Virus record (IMG/VR): IMGVR_UViG_3300045988_128110
Span: 1-64,000 of that record
Direction: 5' to 3' (one strand)
Length of the DNA stretch: 64,000 bases
From: a virus
Below, piece after piece: positions 59,999-64,000 of this stretch. Both the position numbers and the translations under genes were made by a program. Position 1 is the first letter of the stretch. Each line of letters begins with the position of its first letter. Under the pieces are notes generated by a model. The model did no database searches and was not told the DNA's origin. It worked only from the letters and a program-made list of their open reading frames with translations.

Positions 59999-61120
59999 AT
60001 GGATCTGATTAAAGCTTGTAAACAACTTGTAGTTAAAGATCCTTTTTATGGTTTATTTCTATTATCTTTAAATAAATATTATTCTAAAGATGATGCAACA
60101 GCATGAGTTACAAGAAACGGGATTAACTATGAATTATGTGTTAATCCCGATTTTTGAAATACTTTAACTGATGACGAACAGTTAGGAATATTAAAACATG
60201 AGCTGTTGCATATTGCATTTAAACATTTGTTAATGCAAGAATCTTTTAATGATAAAAAAGTATTTAATATTGCCGCTGACGCAGAAGTAAATCAATATAT
60301 TGATGTTCTTCCAAAAGATGCTATTGATATCAAAGATATTGATCCCATGCTTCCCCCGAAAGCAGGAACCAAATACTATTATGAATACCTTTATAAAGAT
60401 AAGAAAGACTCTTCTGGGGGGCCGAAAAACCATAATCACTGAAAGGATTTTTCTGATTTATCAGATGCAGAAAAAACTTTAATTAACAATCAAACTGACC
60501 ACATTGTAAAACAGGTTGCAACTCAAGTAATTAAATCTAGAGGAACTATTCCTTCCGAGCTAAAAGCATATGTGGATAAATTGTTTAAAATAAAACCTTC
60601 TATATTTAACTGGAAGGCCTATTTTAGACGACTTTTAGGATTTGCTATTGATGTCTTTGTAAAAAAGACACATCGCAAAGTATCTAAACGGTTTGAGGGA
60701 GCTGCGGGTATTAAACTAAAACATAAACATGATATTTTAGTTGCTATTGATACCTCTGGTTCTGTTAGTACTAAGGAGTTAAAAGATTTTATTAGTGAGA
60801 TTTATCACATCTGGAAAGCTGGGGCAGGTGTTGATGTAATTGAGTGCGACGCTAGAATACATAGGATATATCCATTCAAAGGGACTTTTGATGGTACATT
60901 CACTGGTAGAGGAGGTACAGACTTCAAACCTGTTATTGACTACTACAATCAATGTAGAAAACAATACTCTACTTTAGTATTCTTTACAGATGGCTATGCA
61001 CCTACAGATACTTTTAAAGTAATGAAGCAGATGATCTGGGTAATTACCTCTAATGGTAATAGAAATAATCATTATCCAGGTTACAGTATGTTTATCCCAT
61101 CTGATAATGGAGCTGAATAA
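59999..61120 (+). CDS. vWA-domain protein with an N-terminal HExxH putative metallopeptidase domain (DUF2201-like, MoxR-associated); three in-frame TGA
   Basis: ILKHELLHIAFKH (HExxH), VAIDTSGSV MIDAS motif; ATG at 59999 lies 69 codons upstream of tracked ORF 60206; ORFs 60206-60442 and 60572-61120 are TGA-joined. Confidence 0.6.
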
Positions 61121-62318
61121 AGTTAATTTAGAAGAATTTAAAACTATATTTCAATATATTATTGAGAATAACAAACGTTTAGTGGAAGTTGGAAAAATTC
61201 CCACTGCAATCTCATTGGAAGCCGATTCAGGAATTGGAAAGACTTCTACAATTTTACAAATAGCTGAAGAACTGAATATGGGATTCATCAAATTGAATCT
61301 TTCTCAGTGTGAAGAATTGGGTGACCTAATTGGATTCCCCATAAAAGAGTATTATGTATGTTCTGATGAAGGTGAATGTCAATGAGTTTCAAGTGATTTG
61401 CTGGCATACTATCTTCAAAATGGATACAAGGTTCAGAACTTAACTCGAATGTCTTATGCGCCCCCTACGTGGATGCCGAAAGAGGATAATGAAAATGGAT
61501 GTATACTTCTTCTTGATGACTATTCAAGAGCACTTCCTATGTTCTTGCAGGCAACTATGGAGCTTATTGATAGAGGTGAATATATTTCTTGGAAACTTCC
61601 AAAGAACTGTACTATAGTATTAACTTCTAATCCTGATAATGGAGACTATAATGTTAGTACTATGGATAATGCTCAGAAAACTCGATATATTAACTTTGAA
61701 ATTGATTTTGATGTTAATGTATGGGCACGTTGGGCTGAAACTGACAAATTAGATTCCAGAGCTATTAACTTTGCATTATTATATCCTGAAATATTTGAAA
61801 AAGAGGGAAATGTGCAGAAGATTAATCCAAGAAGTTATGTTACCTTCTGTAATGCTATTTCTGGTTTAAAGGATTGGAGCACCTCAGCAAATCTAGCAAT
61901 GATTCTTAATATTGCTAAAGGATGTTTTACATCTAAAGAAAATATTGTTGGAAACTTATTTACTACGTTTATTGCTAATAAACTGGATAAGCTAATTGCT
62001 CCTAAAGATATGCTGTTTGAACCTTGGGATACTGTAAAAACTAAAATTAAAAGTTGTGTATATGATAGTAATGGATATCGTCCAGATATAGCTTCTGTAT
62101 TATCTACACGATTACTTAATTATAGTCTTTTATATTTCGGAGAAAAGGGAGCTAAAACGGAAGTAGTTCAAGATCGATTACTTGAATTTATCAATTCTCC
62201 TGAACCTTTACTAACTGAAGACTTATTGTTTCATTTAATTAAAACGATTACTACAAAGTTTTCAGGAAGGGCAAATAAGTTAATTATGAATCCTAAAATC
62301 AGAGCTAAAATTTTATAA
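61107..62318 (+). CDS. MoxR-like AAA+ ATPase; one in-frame TGA
   Basis: Walker A DSGIGKTST, Walker B LLLDD; ORFs 61053-61385 and 61398-62318 are TGA-joined; likely start ATG at 61107. Confidence 0.65.
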
Positions 62319-62319
62319 T

Positions 62320-63372
62320 ATGAAATTAAACGGAATTAATATTGCATTTCTCGTTCCTTATAGGAGAAATAGTGGGTCAGCAAATTTATGTAAATGGTCT
62401 TCATATCATTCAGAAAATATACATTTTCCAGTTAGAACTTCAATGGTGCTACATACCCCTGAAGAAGTAAATACTGCGCTAACTAATAAACTTACAGATC
62501 TATCGGATGTAACTAAGCTATATTTTGACTCTAGTTCAACCTATCCACGGTTCAAAATTAGGGATACAAAATTTCAAAGAGTTATTAAGGTAGCAAGATG
62601 TGATGCTGCTATAATTCCAGATTCTCTTAACTATTATCCTAGTAGTGGAGAGTATTATTTATTTGAATATGTTAAAGAGGATCAAACTAAAATAATTTAT
62701 AGTATTTGTCCAAAATTGTTTAAAGATAGTGATTCATTTATTTATAATGATGTTTGCTCTCAGGGAACAGACTTTATAGATGGCGTCAAAACTATAAATA
62801 CCTTACCTAAAGGTTCCACTTTGATTTACAGTGGAAAGTTAGTATTTTGTGATGAAACCTATGTAGAAATAATTAATAACATAGTTTCTGTATATCCAAA
62901 ATATGCAAAAGAAAGTACTCTAGATAAACTAGTTAATGGCACATTGGAAAAGATTACCGAAGAAAGTATCTTGTCATTAAATGATATGCTAGCATCAACC
63001 GATAATACTACTGTGGAACTGGGATTAAAAATTTTACAAGGAATGAATGTTACAGAAAGCCCTGCTGCAGTAACATGTTTATTATATGGGAATTTCGATA
63101 ATATATCTAAGAATAAAGCCATGGGAACAACAGGAGTATCTCAAGTTTTTAAGTCCTTAAATGTAAATACAAGATATGCTCCTTATGATCCCATTACTGG
63201 AATAGCTAAAGCGTTAGAGTCAAACACTTGGAAAAATGCAACATCTGAGGATAAATCTTTAACATATACTTTATGTAGGGGTATCCTTTCTAATTTTTAT
63301 AGAGAAAAAGATAGACAAGTTATGGATACTCTTCATAACCTCCCATTTAAAATCAAAACATATGTCGACTAG
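62320..63372 (+). CDS. hypothetical protein (350 aa) downstream of the MoxR/vWA pair
   Basis: Complete ORF ending in TAG. Confidence 0.35.
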   Translation: MKLNGINIAFLVPYRRNSGSANLCKWSSYHSENIHFPVRTSMVLHTPEEVNTALTNKLTDLSDVTKLYFDSSSTYPRFKIRDTKFQRVIKVARCDAAIIPDSLNYYPSSGEYYLFEYVKEDQTKIIYSICPKLFKDSDSFIYNDVCSQGTDFIDGVKTINTLPKGSTLIYSGKLVFCDETYVEIINNIVSVYPKYAKESTLDKLVNGTLEKITEESILSLNDMLASTDNTTVELGLKILQGMNVTESPAAVTCLLYGNFDNISKNKAMGTTGVSQVFKSLNVNTRYAPYDPITGIAKALESNTWKNATSEDKSLTYTLCRGILSNFYREKDRQVMDTLHNLPFKIKTYVD

Positions 63373-64000
63373 AAATATTTTATGTATAGCTGGTTTAAAG
63401 GGGAGTGGTAAGGATGAGAGTGCTAAAATGCTTCAATTTTGTTTGAATTCTCCAAGATGAATGCAAACATATTGAATGTATAAACATTGTAATATCTTTA
63501 CAGAGGGAAAGTTTAAGATTTGTAGATTTGCTGATACTTTAAAATGTCTTCTTTCAATACTCCTTAATGTTAGTGTTGAAAGATTTGAAGATAGACAATT
63601 TAAAGAGGACTATTACGTAGATTTCAGTACTTTAACAATTCATCATAAGAATTTTGTAGAAAGAGAAAAAATTCTAGTAGATAATAAGTTTTCAAAGTTA
63701 GCCAAGGATCTTAATCCTTCTTTAACTGAAGATTACTGACTTTCTATTAGGCAGGTTTTGCAATACTTTGGAACTGAAATAATGAGATATTATTTTGGGG
63801 ATAAATTATGGATTTTAACTACATATGAGCAAGAGTGCAAAAATATGATTATCTCAGATCTGCGATTCCAGATTGAATTTGAAGAATCAAAGAAACGAGG
63901 AGGGAAAGTTATTTATATCCATAGACCAGAGTGTAAGGCAGGCTCCCATGCCTCAGAAAGAGAGCTTTTAACGTTATATGGAAATGGAGACTATGACTAT
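63362..64000 (+). CDS. dNMP kinase-like P-loop protein (T4 gp1-like), truncated by the window end; several TGA
   Basis: GLKGSGKDES P-loop; ATG at 63362 is in frame with tracked ORF 63476-63739 (38 codons) and continues through TGAs to position 64000. Confidence 0.5.

Noticed and set aside
1-64000. TAG also being recoded (code 15) or TGA being Gly (code 25)
   Set aside because: TAG cleanly terminates genes that are immediately followed by the next start (for example 20243-20245 and 27353-27355), and it never needs read-through to complete a homolog. Aligned in-frame TGAs match Trp, not Gly.
1-64000. CRISPR arrays, rRNA genes, integrase/transposase-type mobile elements
   Set aside because: No short direct-repeat arrays, no rRNA-like conserved stretches and no recombinase or transposase motifs were seen. 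The only mobile-type genes are HNH and GIY-YIG homing endonucleases and the decayed PD-(D/E)xK nuclease.

Overview
This window is a densely packed, low-GC segment of a large dsDNA bacteriophage contig, and essentially all credible genes lie on the + strand. Positions 1-48 are an Illumina Nextera i7 adapter remnant, so the phage sequence starts at about position 49. The central observation is that TGA is not a stop codon here. Dozens of genes are split in the six-frame track only at TGA, and those TGAs align with conserved Trp residues (RNase H DLW and WVKGH, an SF2 helicase QW motif, family A DNA polymerase, dUTPase, ATP-dependent DNA ligase, primase). Genes end in TAA or TAG. I therefore read TGA as Trp (genetic code 4), which lengthens or merges many tracked ORFs. 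The window contains a candidate suppressor tRNA with anticodon UCA and an atypical 90-nt Sec-like architecture (17604-17693). There are about ten tRNA or tRNA-like genes in all (Phe-GAA, Arg-ACG, Ile-UAU, Ser-GCU, Leu-UAG, His-GUG, a class-II tRNA with a UCU anticodon, and two degenerate ones), and none encodes its 3' CCA. Gene content includes a replication and recombination module (PolA, DnaB-like helicase, primase, SF2 and Dda-like helicases, DNA ligase, SSB with a DDDDLPF tail, Sak4-like ATPase, RecE-like exonuclease, RNase H, a resolvase). A nucleotide and NAD+ metabolism cluster is present (PncA-like, NadV, NadE, PurA-like, Prs-like, IMPDH/GMPR family, RNR, thioredoxin, ThyX, dUTPase, NT5C, dNMP kinase). 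There is a tRNA-repair pair (Rnl2-like RNA ligase plus Pnk). Host-like accessory genes are present (SPFH plus NfeD, MgtC, methylglyoxal synthase, ferritin-like, NADAR, a MoxR AAA ATPase with a vWA-metallopeptidase partner). The window also carries a lysis cassette, HNH and GIY-YIG homing endonucleases, and a cassette of three tandem paralogous small proteins upstream of a radical SAM enzyme that I flag as a candidate novel modification system. Two genes appear disrupted at homopolymer tracts (A4 and G9). Coordinates of genes I merged across TGA were anchored to the ORF track by codon counting. Family names come from motifs I recognise by eye, not from database searches.
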